Below, one piece after another: positions 27,248 through 37,321 of a stretch of 64,000 nt of DNA. The notes below the pieces were generated by a model. That model was not told where the DNA came from, ran no database searches, and saw nothing but the letters and a program-made list of their open reading frames with translations. The stretch covers positions 1,152,001 to 1,216,000 of the forward strand of contig OZ257142.1 in NCBI GenBank assembly GCA_965279035.1. The letters run 5' to 3'. The stretch comes from Bacteroidia bacterium (GTDB taxonomy: Bacteria; Bacteroidota; Bacteroidia; M30B66). Position 1 is the stretch's first letter. Every line of letters starts with the position of its first letter. Both the position numbers and the translations under genes were made by a program.

Positions 27248-27426
27248 TTTTTGTTAGACTAAAATTTCAGGTTTTTCTGATTCTTTTTTTTTAATTCTGA
27301 AATTCAGTTTGAAATACGCAAAACAATAATTTTCACCATGCTGAAAATTGCGTTTGATTTTTTTTTCAAACCATGCTGTTGCTTTCACAGATTCCTGTAT
27401 TTTTATCCCATCAACATCTTTTTTTA

Positions 27427-27618
27427 ATGAAAACAGGTACTATTAAATTCTTCAACGCAACCAAAGGTTTCGGTTTCGTTAAAGTGGACAACTCTGACCA
27501 AGAGATTTTTGTTCATGTTACAGGACTAATTGATCAAGTGAACGAAGGAGACAATGTTTCTTTCGACGTGATCGAAGGCCGCAAAGGTTTGAATGCAATC
27601 AACGTGAAAAAGATCTAA
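27427..27618 (+). CDS. Cold-shock domain protein (start 27427)
   Basis: MKTGTIKFFNATKGFGFV (RNP1), IFVH (RNP2), GRKGLNAINV. Confidence 0.95.
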   Translation: MKTGTIKFFNATKGFGFVKVDNSDQEIFVHVTGLIDQVNEGDNVSFDVIEGRKGLNAINVKKI

Positions 27619-27649
27619 TCTTCTATCATACTTGAACATCATTGCCTTT

Positions 27650-27683
27650 AAAACCTCCGCTTCTTGAGCGGAGGTTTTTTTTT
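27650..27683 (+). terminator. Intrinsic terminator after the cold-shock gene
   Basis: AAAACCTCCGCT-TCTTG-AGCGGAGGTTTT followed by a T run. Confidence 0.88.
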
Positions 27684-27769
27684 ACAATCAACACATACCT
27701 TCATTTCACCTGTGTCGTTTGCTGTTTCAATCCCTTTCTCGTTATTTGCACCCGACAGATTTACTCCAT

Positions 27770-29359
27770 ATGAAATTTAAATTCCTGCTTATCCTTTCTG
27801 CATTTCTCTTTTCTAATGGAATCCAAGCGCAACGCTATGCCAATAAGGAAACTGAGAAACTCGATTACCTGCTGTATTTCCTAAACAATAATTACGTCGA
27901 TACTGTCAATACTCACCTGATTGTAGAAGAAGGAATTCGAGCTATGCTCAAAGAACTCGATCCACATTCAATCTACATGACCAAAGAAGAACTCAAAGAA
28001 ATGGATGAGCCTTTGGTTGGGAATTTCGATGGAGTTGGTATTCAATTCAACATTCTCGAAGATACCATTGTGGTTGTCAACACCATTGTAGGTGGTCCTT
28101 CCGAAAAACTAGGAATCCTTGCAGGTGATAAAATCGTCAAAATCGAAGGCGAAAACATGGCAGGTATCAAAATCAAAAATAAAGACGTCATCAGCCGACT
28201 TCGTGGAACGCGCGGTACTATCGTTAAAGTAAGCATCTTCAGAAAAGGGGTGAAGAATCTCATCGACTATAGCATCACCCGCGATAAAATTCCACTTACG
28301 AGTATCGATGCAACCTACATGGCTGATGCAGAAACAGGTTATATCAAACTCAGCCGCTTTAGCGCAACTTCTGGAACCGAATTCCTCGAGAGCTTAGAAA
28401 AACTCAAAGGAAAAGGAATGAAAAACTTAGTGATCGACCTTACCGGAAATGGTGGTGGATATCTTCAAACAGCCATCGATATTGCCGACCAAGTTCTTTC
28501 TGATAAAAATATCGTTGTTTATACCAAAGGAAGAACTCCAGGCTCACGTACCGATTACTTTTCTACCTCTAAAGGAATTTTCGAAAAAGGAAAACTGATC
28601 GTACTTATTGACGAAGGTTCTGCTTCAGCTTCCGAAATTGTTTCTGGAGCCGTTCAAGATCTCGATCGTGGATTAATTATCGGCCGTCGCTCTTTTGGTA
28701 AAGGGCTCGTTCAAAATTCCTTTCCTTTCCCCGATGGTTCTGCCATGCGCATGACCACTGCTCGTTATTATACACCAGCTGGTCGTTGTATTCAAAAGCC
28801 TTACGAAAAAGGAGTGGAAGATTATTACGACGATCTAAACAAACGTTTCAAACATGGCGAATTCACCAATCGTGATAGCATCACGTTTGCCGATTCTCTA
28901 AAATTCTACACTCTTGGAAAACGCTTAGTTTATGGTGGAGGTGGTATTATGCCCGATATCTTCATTCCTCTCGATACTTCCGAAAATTCGAAATACCTCA
29001 CGGACGTTTATCGGAAAGGAGTCTTCAACAAATTCACCTTGAAATACGTTGACCAAAATCGCGAACAAATCAAGAAACTCTATCCCGATTTCAAAGCATT
29101 CAAAGCTGGTTTTGTTACTTCCGACGCCATCCTTAGCGAGTTCATAGCTGCAGCCGAAGCCGATGAAATTAAATCCAATACCGAAGATTTAAAAACATCC
29201 GGAAGCTTCATTCGCCGTCAAATTCGCGCTCTCATTGCCAACCAAATTTGGGGAACTAACGAATATTACGAATGCATCAACGAAGGAAATCCAATCCTAA
29301 AAGAAGCACTCATTCAAATGAAGTCGGAGAATTTCAAAAAACTGAAACTTCGATTCTAA
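27770..29359 (+). CDS. S41A carboxyl-terminal processing protease (start probably 27770)
   Basis: Motifs LDPHS, PDZ GVGI, GYIKLSRF, DLTGNGGG, SASASEIV, SFGKGLVQ, ARYYTPAGR, GGGIMPD. Confidence 0.93.
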   Translation: MKFKFLLILSAFLFSNGIQAQRYANKETEKLDYLLYFLNNNYVDTVNTHLIVEEGIRAMLKELDPHSIYMTKEELKEMDEPLVGNFDGVGIQFNILEDTIVVVNTIVGGPSEKLGILAGDKIVKIEGENMAGIKIKNKDVISRLRGTRGTIVKVSIFRKGVKNLIDYSITRDKIPLTSIDATYMADAETGYIKLSRFSATSGTEFLESLEKLKGKGMKNLVIDLTGNGGGYLQTAIDIADQVLSDKNIVVYTKGRTPGSRTDYFSTSKGIFEKGKLIVLIDEGSASASEIVSGAVQDLDRGLIIGRRSFGKGLVQNSFPFPDGSAMRMTTARYYTPAGRCIQKPYEKGVEDYYDDLNKRFKHGEFTNRDSITFADSLKFYTLGKRLVYGGGGIMPDIFIPLDTSENSKYLTDVYRKGVFNKFTLKYVDQNREQIKKLYPDFKAFKAGFVTSDAILSEFIAAAEADEIKSNTEDLKTSGSFIRRQIRALIANQIWGTNEYYECINEGNPILKEALIQMKSENFKKLKLRF

Positions 29360-29376
29360 ATCGAAACAAACCATAG

Positions 29377-29409
29377 AAAGGTGCTTGGAGAAATCTGAGC
29401 ACCTTTTTT
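29377..29409. terminator. Probable bidirectional terminator between convergent S41 protease and O-methyltransferase genes
   Basis: AAAGGTGCTTGGA-GAAA-TCTGAGCACCTTT hairpin with A/T tails. Confidence 0.75.
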
Positions 29410-30049
29410 ATTTCTTTCGAGCCACACTAATCCCATCCCGAATTGGTAGCAATACCGTTTCAATGCGAGAATCTTCTGCCAACTTTCGATTGTATTCCAA
29501 CAACAAGCGAGTATCATGATCGTTCGATTTAAGAGTTTCAACCACCTTTCCGCTCCATAACACATTGTCGGAAAGTATAATTCCTCCTTTGCGAATGCGA
29601 TCAATCACCAAATCAAAATAATCCGAATAGCTTGACTTATCTGCATCAATAAACACGATGTCGAATGTTCCTTCTATTAGAGGAATCAAATCATGTGCAT
29701 CACCAATCATAGGAATAATCCTTCCTTCCATTCCAGCTAATCCAATATAGCGTTTCACTATTTCGTCACGCTCTGGATTATTGTCAATCGTTACCAGCTT
29801 TCCTGTTTCCGATAATCCTTCTGCTAAACACAATGCCGAATAACCTGTATAAGTTCCAATCTCGAGTATTAATTCAGGCTTTATTAAATGACTAATCAAA
29901 CTCAAAAAACGACCTTGTAGATGCCCCGATAGCATTCTCGGTTGCAACACTTTTAAATGCGTCTCCCGATTTAGGCGGTACAATAAGTCCGATTCTTTGC
30001 TACTATGATCCAAAGCATATTGCGCAAGTTTCTCATCAATAAATTCCAT
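29408..30049 (-). CDS. O-methyltransferase (caffeoyl-CoA OMT/TrmR-like; start probably 30049)
   Basis: Motifs MLSGHLQG, LEIGTYTGYS, FIDADK, DNVLWSG, LPIRDG. Confidence 0.92.
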   Translation of the reverse strand: MEFIDEKLAQYALDHSSKESDLLYRLNRETHLKVLQPRMLSGHLQGRFLSLISHLIKPELILEIGTYTGYSALCLAEGLSETGKLVTIDNNPERDEIVKRYIGLAGMEGRIIPMIGDAHDLIPLIEGTFDIVFIDADKSSYSDYFDLVIDRIRKGGIILSDNVLWSGKVVETLKSNDHDTRLLLEYNRKLAEDSRIETVLLPIRDGISVARKK

Positions 30050-30072
30050 GTATCTCAATATTCAGGTTGATT

Positions 30073-30795
30073 CTATTTGAATAGATGATTAAATACAAAA
30101 CGAAGATGAGCTATCAATGTCTTTCCCATGTTCATTTTCGATTGGCCTTTTCTCCGATCTGTATACAATATCGTGGGAACTTCAACTATTTTCAATCCAG
30201 CCCGTTGAAGTTTAAACAAGATTTCGACTTGACAAATAAACCCCGATTCTTCAATAACGATTTCTCCATTTTGCTTTAGCATTTCCAATGCATCTCGAGA
30301 ATAAATTCGGTAGAAACTAGTCAATGTCTGAAAAGGCAGGCGAAGCACTTTCCGAGTTATTCCATTAGCAACTTTCGATATAAATAAACGCAATGGATGT
30401 GTTTGACTAAATCCGCCACCAGGATAATAAACTGATGCTAATACACAATCATTCGTTTTTACTTGTGTAATCATCAAATCCAAGGATGAAATATCTGCCG
30501 TTCCATCACCTTCCAATGTTAATATGGCTTCACATTCGGCTAGATTTTTTAACACATACCGAAATCCATTTTCAAATGCTTTACCCGGACCTTGATTTTT
30601 TCTTTTTCCAGTAAAATGTATTTTTCCTTCTTTCGCTTCCGATGATAGCCATTCAAAAGTTCCATCGGTAGATCCATCATCACAAATCACCCAAGTAAAT
30701 TCAACCTTTCCTTTCAGTTGTTTTTCGATTGTTTGAATAAGATCAGGTAAATTATCCCTTTCATTAAACACAGGAACAACAATCGCTAAATTCAT
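30073..30795 (-). CDS. Glycosyltransferase family 2, polyprenol-phosphate glycosyltransferase-like (start probably 30795)
   Basis: Motifs VVPVFNE, DDGSTDGT, NQGPG, EGDG, DRRKGQSKM; ATGA overlap with the upstream epimerase gene. Confidence 0.88.
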   Translation of the reverse strand: MNLAIVVPVFNERDNLPDLIQTIEKQLKGKVEFTWVICDDGSTDGTFEWLSSEAKEGKIHFTGKRKNQGPGKAFENGFRYVLKNLAECEAILTLEGDGTADISSLDLMITQVKTNDCVLASVYYPGGGFSQTHPLRLFISKVANGITRKVLRLPFQTLTSFYRIYSRDALEMLKQNGEIVIEESGFICQVEILFKLQRAGLKIVEVPTILYTDRRKGQSKMNMGKTLIAHLRFVFNHLFK

Positions 30796-31757
30796 AAGAC
30801 TTCCTTTCTCAACTGCCATTCTATTGTTCGATTGAGTCCTTCAGTTAAAGAAACTTGTGCCTTCCAGTTTAAAAGTTTTTCGGCTTTTGCAGAAGATCCA
30901 ACACGTCGCATTACATCTTCATAATCGCCAAAACTTGTATAAGGAATAAATCGAACTCGAGGCTCATCAGCCCGCATTGTATTCCAAACCATTTTGGCTA
31001 GTTCAAGAATCGCAATTTCATCTTCTTCGACAGAACAAAAATTGAAAATCCCGCTTTCAATTTCAGGATGATTTACTATAGCGATAATTCCTCGAATCAA
31101 ATCTTCAATAAATACAAAGCATCGTGTTTGACTTCCATCCCCATGAATTTCTAGTTCTTCTCCACGTTGCGCCTTTTCTATAAATACAGAATGCGGTCCG
31201 CCCCACCAACCAGTAGCTTGTCTTGGTCCATAACATCCAAAAAAGCGCATAATTTGAAAGCCTAATTCAAATTCACGACTTGCTGCAAAAATCAATTGTT
31301 CTGTATGCAATTTAGATGTTGCATAAGCCCATCGTTTAATGTGCGAAGGTCCAATTACACAATCACTGCTCTCTACATAGGGAATCGTAGGATTCTTGCC
31401 ATATACATCACTTGTGGATGCAAATAGTAAACGAACGTTCTTTTTGATGCAGTAATCTATAACAGTGTTAGAAATACGGGCGTTCTCTTGAAGTGTTTCC
31501 CAGCCGGATGAATACCGAGGGATTTTTTGAGAGGCAAGATGTATAACTAAGTCGGCTTCTTGTTTTTTAAGAAGTTCCCAATCTCCAGCATCGGCAATGA
31601 GTAATTCAAAATTAGGGTGATCAATTAATGATTGAAGCGATACAACCTCACCTCGACTTAAATTATCAATTCCAAGAACCCGATGACCTTGAGCAATCAA
31701 GTTTTCGCACAGGTGTGAGCCAATAAATCCAGCAGCGCCGGTAACGATTATTTTCAT
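30792..31757 (-). CDS. NAD-dependent epimerase/dehydratase (extended SDR, UDP-sugar decarboxylase/epimerase-like)
   Basis: Motifs TGAAGFIGSHL, ASTSDVYG, YATSK, YGPRQ, GDGSQTRCF. Confidence 0.92.
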   Translation of the reverse strand: MKIIVTGAAGFIGSHLCENLIAQGHRVLGIDNLSRGEVVSLQSLIDHPNFELLIADAGDWELLKKQEADLVIHLASQKIPRYSSGWETLQENARISNTVIDYCIKKNVRLLFASTSDVYGKNPTIPYVESSDCVIGPSHIKRWAYATSKLHTEQLIFAASREFELGFQIMRFFGCYGPRQATGWWGGPHSVFIEKAQRGEELEIHGDGSQTRCFVFIEDLIRGIIAIVNHPEIESGIFNFCSVEEDEIAILELAKMVWNTMRADEPRVRFIPYTSFGDYEDVMRRVGSSAKAEKLLNWKAQVSLTEGLNRTIEWQLRKEVL

Positions 31758-31795
31758 GGAAACACAAAGGTGCTAAATCTTAGCAATCCTAAATC

Positions 31796-33619
31796 TTAAA
31801 TGTTTTCTGATGTTGAGATTTCGGGATGGAAGAATGCAAACACCTTTTCCGCTCGTGCTCGTCCAATCGAAACTTCCAATTGCTCCACACTCAACTCTTT
31901 TATTTTTGAAACTGATCGAAAATCCAATAGAAGTTTTTCAGCAGAATTCTTTCCTATTCCTTCAATTTCCGACAATTCAGTCTTCAGTGTTCCATTATCG
32001 CGTCGCTTCCGGTGATGGGTAATTCCAAATCGATGTGCTTCGTTTCTAAGAAATTGAATCAATTTAAGACTTTCGCTTTTCTTGTCAATATATAATGGTA
32101 AAGGATCACCTGGGAAATAAATCTCCTCTAATCGTTTAGCAATACCTACTATACTGATTTTCCCTCTTAATCCAATTTTATCCAAAGCACCTAATGCAGC
32201 TCCCAATTGACCCTTTCCTCCATCTACAATAATCAGTTGTGGAAGCGGCTCATTTTCTTCAAGCAAACGACTATAACGTCTTTCGATTACTTCAGCCATG
32301 GTTGCAAAATCATCTGGGCCAACGACCGTTTTCACATTGAAGTGACGATAATCTTTTTTGCTTGGTCGTGCATCTTTAAAACATACCATCGCCGAAACAG
32401 GATAAGCACCTTGGAAATTGGAATTATCAAAGCACTCAATATGTTTTGGTAAAACGGGCATGCGCAAATCTTTCTGTAGTTTCTCTAGAATTCGTTTAGT
32501 GTGGCGTTCTGGATCAACCAACTCAATTTGTTTATTTTTCTCCCTCAGGTAATTCAATACATTGCGAGTACTCAAGTCGAGCAATTGCTTTTTATCACCG
32601 CGTTGAGGTATCGTTATCGTCAAGAAATCATCTTCCAAATCGGGCATCATTGGAACGATGATTTCGCGAGCAGTACTATTAAATCGTTGTCGCATTTCAC
32701 CAATGGCAATGCTGAGCAATTCTTCAGGAGCTTCGTCCAATCGCTTTTTCAATTCTATGGTATGTCCCTGAACAATGCTGCCTTCTATAACTTTCAGATA
32801 ATTTACATAGGCAATCTTTTCATCTGAATGAATGGAGAAGACATCTACATTATGAATAGTTGAACTTACAATGGTCGATTTGCTTTTAAACTGCTCTAGT
32901 AGTTCAAGTCTTTCTTTTAGTTCATGTGCCTGTTCAAACTCAAATTGGGCGGCATGTTTCATCATTTTCCCTCGAATGAGCTGAATTAATTCGCCCAAAT
33001 TCCCTTTCACCAATTGACGAATCTCCTGAATAGTTTGCATATAATCTTGCTCCGATTGATAGCCAACACAGGGTCCAAGACAATTTTTGATATGATATTC
33101 CAAACACACTTTGAATTTCCCGTTTTGAATAGCTACTGGTTCTAAAGCCAGATTGCAAGTTCGTCGGGTATATAATGCTTTAATGAAATCGAGCATCGTA
33201 CGCATCACCTTCACCGATGGATAAGGGCCATAATATTCCGATCCATCTTTTATCAACCTTCGAGTAGGGAAAACCCGAGGAAAGCGCTCTTTTTTAATGC
33301 AAATCCAAGGATAGGTCTTGTCATCTTTTAGCGCAACATTATAGCGTGGTTGATACTTCTTAATTAAGTTGTTTTCGAGCAGTAATGCATCCAGTTCTGT
33401 TTCAACAACAATGGTTTTAATATCGGCAATTTTCGAAACAAGAACTCGTGTTTTACCATTATCATGGTGATCTTTATTGAAATAAGAATACACCCGTTTC
33501 TTGAGACTTTTAGCCTTTCCTACATAGAGTATTTTTCCTTCAGAATCATAATACTGATACACTCCCGGTTTTTCCGGAAGTGTTTTCAATATACTTAGAA
33601 CATGCACACTTGCATCCAT
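31796..33619 (-). CDS. uvrC: Excinuclease ABC subunit C
   Basis: GIY-YIG motif PGVY..YVGKAK.L..RV.SYF, IECFDNS, DGGKGQ, RNEAHRF, HhH. Confidence 0.97.
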   Translation of the reverse strand: MDASVHVLSILKTLPEKPGVYQYYDSEGKILYVGKAKSLKKRVYSYFNKDHHDNGKTRVLVSKIADIKTIVVETELDALLLENNLIKKYQPRYNVALKDDKTYPWICIKKERFPRVFPTRRLIKDGSEYYGPYPSVKVMRTMLDFIKALYTRRTCNLALEPVAIQNGKFKVCLEYHIKNCLGPCVGYQSEQDYMQTIQEIRQLVKGNLGELIQLIRGKMMKHAAQFEFEQAHELKERLELLEQFKSKSTIVSSTIHNVDVFSIHSDEKIAYVNYLKVIEGSIVQGHTIELKKRLDEAPEELLSIAIGEMRQRFNSTAREIIVPMMPDLEDDFLTITIPQRGDKKQLLDLSTRNVLNYLREKNKQIELVDPERHTKRILEKLQKDLRMPVLPKHIECFDNSNFQGAYPVSAMVCFKDARPSKKDYRHFNVKTVVGPDDFATMAEVIERRYSRLLEENEPLPQLIIVDGGKGQLGAALGALDKIGLRGKISIVGIAKRLEEIYFPGDPLPLYIDKKSESLKLIQFLRNEAHRFGITHHRKRRDNGTLKTELSEIEGIGKNSAEKLLLDFRSVSKIKELSVEQLEVSIGRARAEKVFAFFHPEISTSENI

Positions 33620-33677
33620 CTTTCTGCTTGTAATCCAACTAATTCAAGAGATTCAAACACCAAGCTTTCTACTTAGT

Positions 33678-35909
33678 TTACCGACGGTAACGATTTCGTT
33701 TCTTAGGTTCTTTTACAAATGCAGGCTGTGAAATTCTTCTCGGACGTTCATCCAAAAGCGAAAAATCCAATTGCTTTTTCACTAAATCGGCGCGCTTTAC
33801 GGTGATAGTTACTTCATCACCCAAACGATACCGTTTCTTATGATCTTTCCCTATAATGGAATAGCTTTCTTCATCAAAGAAATAATAATCATCAGGAATA
33901 TCACGTAGTCTGACCAAACCTTCACATTTATTCTCCAATATCTCCACAAAAATCCCCCATTCGGTAACACCCGAAATCACTCCTCTAAATTCCTCTCCAA
34001 CTTTATCTTTCAAGAACTCAACTTGCTTGTATTTTACTGAAGCCCGTTCTGCATCCGATGCACGTTTTTCTTGCTCAGATGAGTGTTTACATCGAATCTC
34101 CAACTCTGATTCAGGTTCCCAAATGCGGTTGTCCATATAGGCATCCAATAATCGATGAACCATTACATCCGGATAACGACGAATAGGGGAGGTAAAGTGC
34201 GTGTAAAACTTAAAGCCTAAACCATAATGACCAATATTTTTGGTTGTATAAATAGCCTTCGCCATGGTACGTATAGCGAGAGTTTCAATTACATTCGCTT
34301 CTCCTTTTCCTTTCACTTCTTTCATCAAATCATTCATTTGATGACTAATCTGAGCTTCCGATTGGAACTTGAATTTATACCCAAACTGAGCTACAAAACG
34401 AGAAAACTCCATCAACTTCTCTGGGTCTGGCTTATCATGAACGCGATATACAAATGGTTTTTTTGCAGTCGCACTTCGTTTGTCGTTTTCTTTTTTACCC
34501 ATTTGCGTAACGAATTCTGCCACACTACGATTCGCTAAAAGCATGAAATCTTCAATCAGTTCATTTGCTTCTTGTTGAACCTTGAAATAAACTCCAAGTG
34601 GCTTTCCATCTTTATCTAAACGGAACTTCACTTCAACTTTATCAAATGCAATAGAACCTCGCTGATAGCGACGATCTCGCATAATATGAGCTAATCTATT
34701 TAAGGTCAAAATTTCTTCTTTCAAATCTCCTTCACCCGTTTCAATTACTTTTTGTGCTTCTTCATAAGCAAAACGCCTAGTTGACCGAATGACTGTTCTA
34801 CCAAACCATTGATTTTGAACTTCTGCATCATCGTTTAATTCAAATACTGCAGAGTAAGTAAGTTTGTCTTCATCAGGTCTTAAGGAACAAACACCATTTG
34901 ATAAATGCTCCGGTAACATGGGTACAACACGATCAACCAAATAAACCGAGGTTGCACGTTTATAAGCTTCTTCTTCTAAAATGGAACCCGGTTTTACGAA
35001 ATACGAAACATCTGCGATGTGAACACCAACTTCCCAATTTCCATTCGGTAGTTTCTGAATCGATAAAGCATCATCAAAATCTTTGGCATCAGCAGGATCG
35101 ATTGTAAATGTGGTAATTCCTCTAAAATCACGGCGTTTTTTAATTTCCTTTTCTGGAATTTCGTTGGGAATTGCATTGGCAGCATCTTCCACTTCTTGCG
35201 GAAATTCATAAGGCAATTCAAAATCGAGCATGATTGCATGCATTTCGACATTATTATCTCCCGGTTTCCCTAAAACCTTGACAACCGAACCAAAAGGATT
35301 CTTAGCATGTTCGGGCCAGTCCATCATTTTCACCAGGACTTTATCTCCATCTTTTGCTCCATGTAACTCGCCAAGCGGAACAAAAATATCGATGGGCATT
35401 TTACTGCTATCAGGAACAACGAAAGCGAACTTGGCACTCATCTGCACAATTCCAACAAATTGCGTTTTGGAACGTTCGAGAATTTCAACAACTTCTCCTT
35501 CTAGTTTTTTCCCTTTTCGACGGGCAAATAGATGTACCCTTACTTTATCTCCATTTAAAGCATTAAGTAGGTAATTTTCTCTAACATATACATCTTCAGC
35601 GCTGTCGGGACTAATAATGTATCCTGCACCTCCAGTAGTTAATTGAACTGTACCATCAACAAAACTACTTCCCATACTGCTGTATCTGAATTTTCCAGGC
35701 TCAGGTTCATTCAATTGAGCATTTACCACTAAAGCTTCAAGAACTTCCATCACTTGTATTCTATCCAAAGGATCTGTTGCACCAATTCCAGCACATACAT
35801 CTTTATAATTGTGCATAGTGGTAGGCGCATCCTGAAAATACTTCAGAACATCATCGAGCAATAGTTTTACTAAGACCTTATCTTTCTGCTTTTTGTGTTT
35901 TTTCGCCAT
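33678..35909 (-). CDS. rnr: Ribonuclease R (start probably MAKK at 35909)
   Basis: Motifs TIDPADAKDFDDALS, VHIADVS, RATSVY, HFTSPIRRYPD; C-terminal S1 domain. Confidence 0.96.
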   Translation of the reverse strand: MAKKHKKQKDKVLVKLLLDDVLKYFQDAPTTMHNYKDVCAGIGATDPLDRIQVMEVLEALVVNAQLNEPEPGKFRYSSMGSSFVDGTVQLTTGGAGYIISPDSAEDVYVRENYLLNALNGDKVRVHLFARRKGKKLEGEVVEILERSKTQFVGIVQMSAKFAFVVPDSSKMPIDIFVPLGELHGAKDGDKVLVKMMDWPEHAKNPFGSVVKVLGKPGDNNVEMHAIMLDFELPYEFPQEVEDAANAIPNEIPEKEIKKRRDFRGITTFTIDPADAKDFDDALSIQKLPNGNWEVGVHIADVSYFVKPGSILEEEAYKRATSVYLVDRVVPMLPEHLSNGVCSLRPDEDKLTYSAVFELNDDAEVQNQWFGRTVIRSTRRFAYEEAQKVIETGEGDLKEEILTLNRLAHIMRDRRYQRGSIAFDKVEVKFRLDKDGKPLGVYFKVQQEANELIEDFMLLANRSVAEFVTQMGKKENDKRSATAKKPFVYRVHDKPDPEKLMEFSRFVAQFGYKFKFQSEAQISHQMNDLMKEVKGKGEANVIETLAIRTMAKAIYTTKNIGHYGLGFKFYTHFTSPIRRYPDVMVHRLLDAYMDNRIWEPESELEIRCKHSSEQEKRASDAERASVKYKQVEFLKDKVGEEFRGVISGVTEWGIFVEILENKCEGLVRLRDIPDDYYFFDEESYSIIGKDHKKRYRLGDEVTITVKRADLVKKQLDFSLLDERPRRISQPAFVKEPKKRNRYRR

Positions 35910-36027
35910 GGTACGGGAATTTGGGTAAAAGTACACATTGCAGATGAGGAGTTTATCCTATCCGAAAAGAAGAATACACCGTTTTTCAACGAACAGATTT
36001 GTGCATCCCGAAAACGTAAACGAAAGA

Positions 36028-36429
36028 CTACAATAAATTGATAGTTAAGATATTGCCTGATCTTTTAACCGAATATTTACTTAAGCTTGTTTTCGCAGGT
36101 CCTTTTGTTGGATTCCCTGATAAATCGAATCGAGATCCATGAGCAGGACAAACTACAGCTGATTTTGATTCATCCCAGATCACTTTTTTACCCATGTGTG
36201 GACAAGCCGCCGATAATACAGTTGGCAATTCTTCACCCGTATTGATAATGATTAATTCATCATGAATGATGTATCCATTTTTGGAATTTAATGCAGCATG
36301 GATAGGATTGTTTAAATCAATTTCAACAGTTGAAGGTTTGGTAGTAGCTGTTTTAGTTGACGAACATGCTCCTGTACATAGTGCAACAGTGCCAAGTGCT
36401 AGTGTTTTTATAAAATCCTTCCTTTCCAT
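36028..36429 (-). CDS. Rieske [2Fe-2S] protein with Tat-like/lipoprotein N-terminus (start probably MERKDF at 36429)
   Basis: CPH and CPAHGSRF Rieske motifs; GPA; N-terminus ERKDFIK...TGAC. Confidence 0.88.
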   Translation of the reverse strand: MERKDFIKTLALGTVALCTGACSSTKTATTKPSTVEIDLNNPIHAALNSKNGYIIHDELIIINTGEELPTVLSAACPHMGKKVIWDESKSAVVCPAHGSRFDLSGNPTKGPAKTSLSKYSVKRSGNILTINLL

Positions 36430-36472
36430 TATCCAATAAATTGAATGAAGTATTGCTTCAAATTGATTTCTA

Positions 36473-37210
36473 TTATCGAAGTTTTGGTTTGTGAACCAAA
36501 GGTGTTTTCGTGAATAAATAATAGAAAGCAACCTGAACTCCTATAATACCATTATGTGATGGAACTCGGCTTATAAGTTTTGTTGATGATGCTTCGATAT
36601 CTGAAAGTGAATAAGAAAAATTTAACATCGCATTCATATGCAAATGCTCAGTAAAACGGGCAATCATACCAATTCCTAATGCAGCTGATATATCTAAGCT
36701 ATTATAATTTTTAATGGCATCTTTAGTTGACATTATTGAATAGCTTGTGTCTTGGAAAGTTGTATCAATATTCAAATAAGTACTTGATGCTTTTTTTAAC
36801 ATCCCAAACTGCGGACCCACACATAACATAAAGGCTGTATTTCGTCCAGTTAAATCGGATGTATAACGATATTGAAATGGAATTTGAGTATAGGTGAATT
36901 TCGTTTCAAATTTTTGATTGGGGAATTTAGTGAAGCGATCATCTGTTGTGTAATTCTGACCTTGTTCTGACATGAAATATCCAACTCGTATCCCATGTCT
37001 TGGAGCAAAACCATAGCTTAAGTTTGCACCGTAACTCATACCATAAGTAGGCTTAACATCCAATTCTGGTCCTTTATCAAAGTCTGTTTGATTATAAATC
37101 CAAGTAGATTGATATTGGAAGGCAAGACCTAATTCAAATCCTTTTTGAGCCATTAGGAAATTTGAACAAAGTGTCAAAAGTAGTATTACCGTAAAAAGTT
37201 GAGATTTCAT
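36473..37210 (-). CDS. Outer-membrane beta-barrel (porin family/PorT-like) protein
   Basis: Signal peptide; alternating amphipathic strands; Y.QIP, GPQFG, terminal VAFYYLF. Confidence 0.75.
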   Translation of the reverse strand: MKSQLFTVILLLTLCSNFLMAQKGFELGLAFQYQSTWIYNQTDFDKGPELDVKPTYGMSYGANLSYGFAPRHGIRVGYFMSEQGQNYTTDDRFTKFPNQKFETKFTYTQIPFQYRYTSDLTGRNTAFMLCVGPQFGMLKKASSTYLNIDTTFQDTSYSIMSTKDAIKNYNSLDISAALGIGMIARFTEHLHMNAMLNFSYSLSDIEASSTKLISRVPSHNGIIGVQVAFYYLFTKTPLVHKPKLR

Positions 37211-37283
37211 AAAGCAAGGGTTAATTTTTCAAAACTATTTAAAATCATTTAGATTTTATGTTTGTTGTTATTCCAATCTAGGT

Positions 37284-37306
37284 ATTTTGCTAAAAAATAG
37301 CAAAAT
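37284..37306. promoter_or_regulatory. Inverted repeat ATTTTGCTA-AAAAA-TAGCAAAAT upstream of glpD (candidate operator)
   Basis: Perfect 9-bp arms between divergent genes, 15 nt before the glpD ATG. Confidence 0.35.
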
Positions 37307-37321
37307 CAATTTTTTAAAAGC

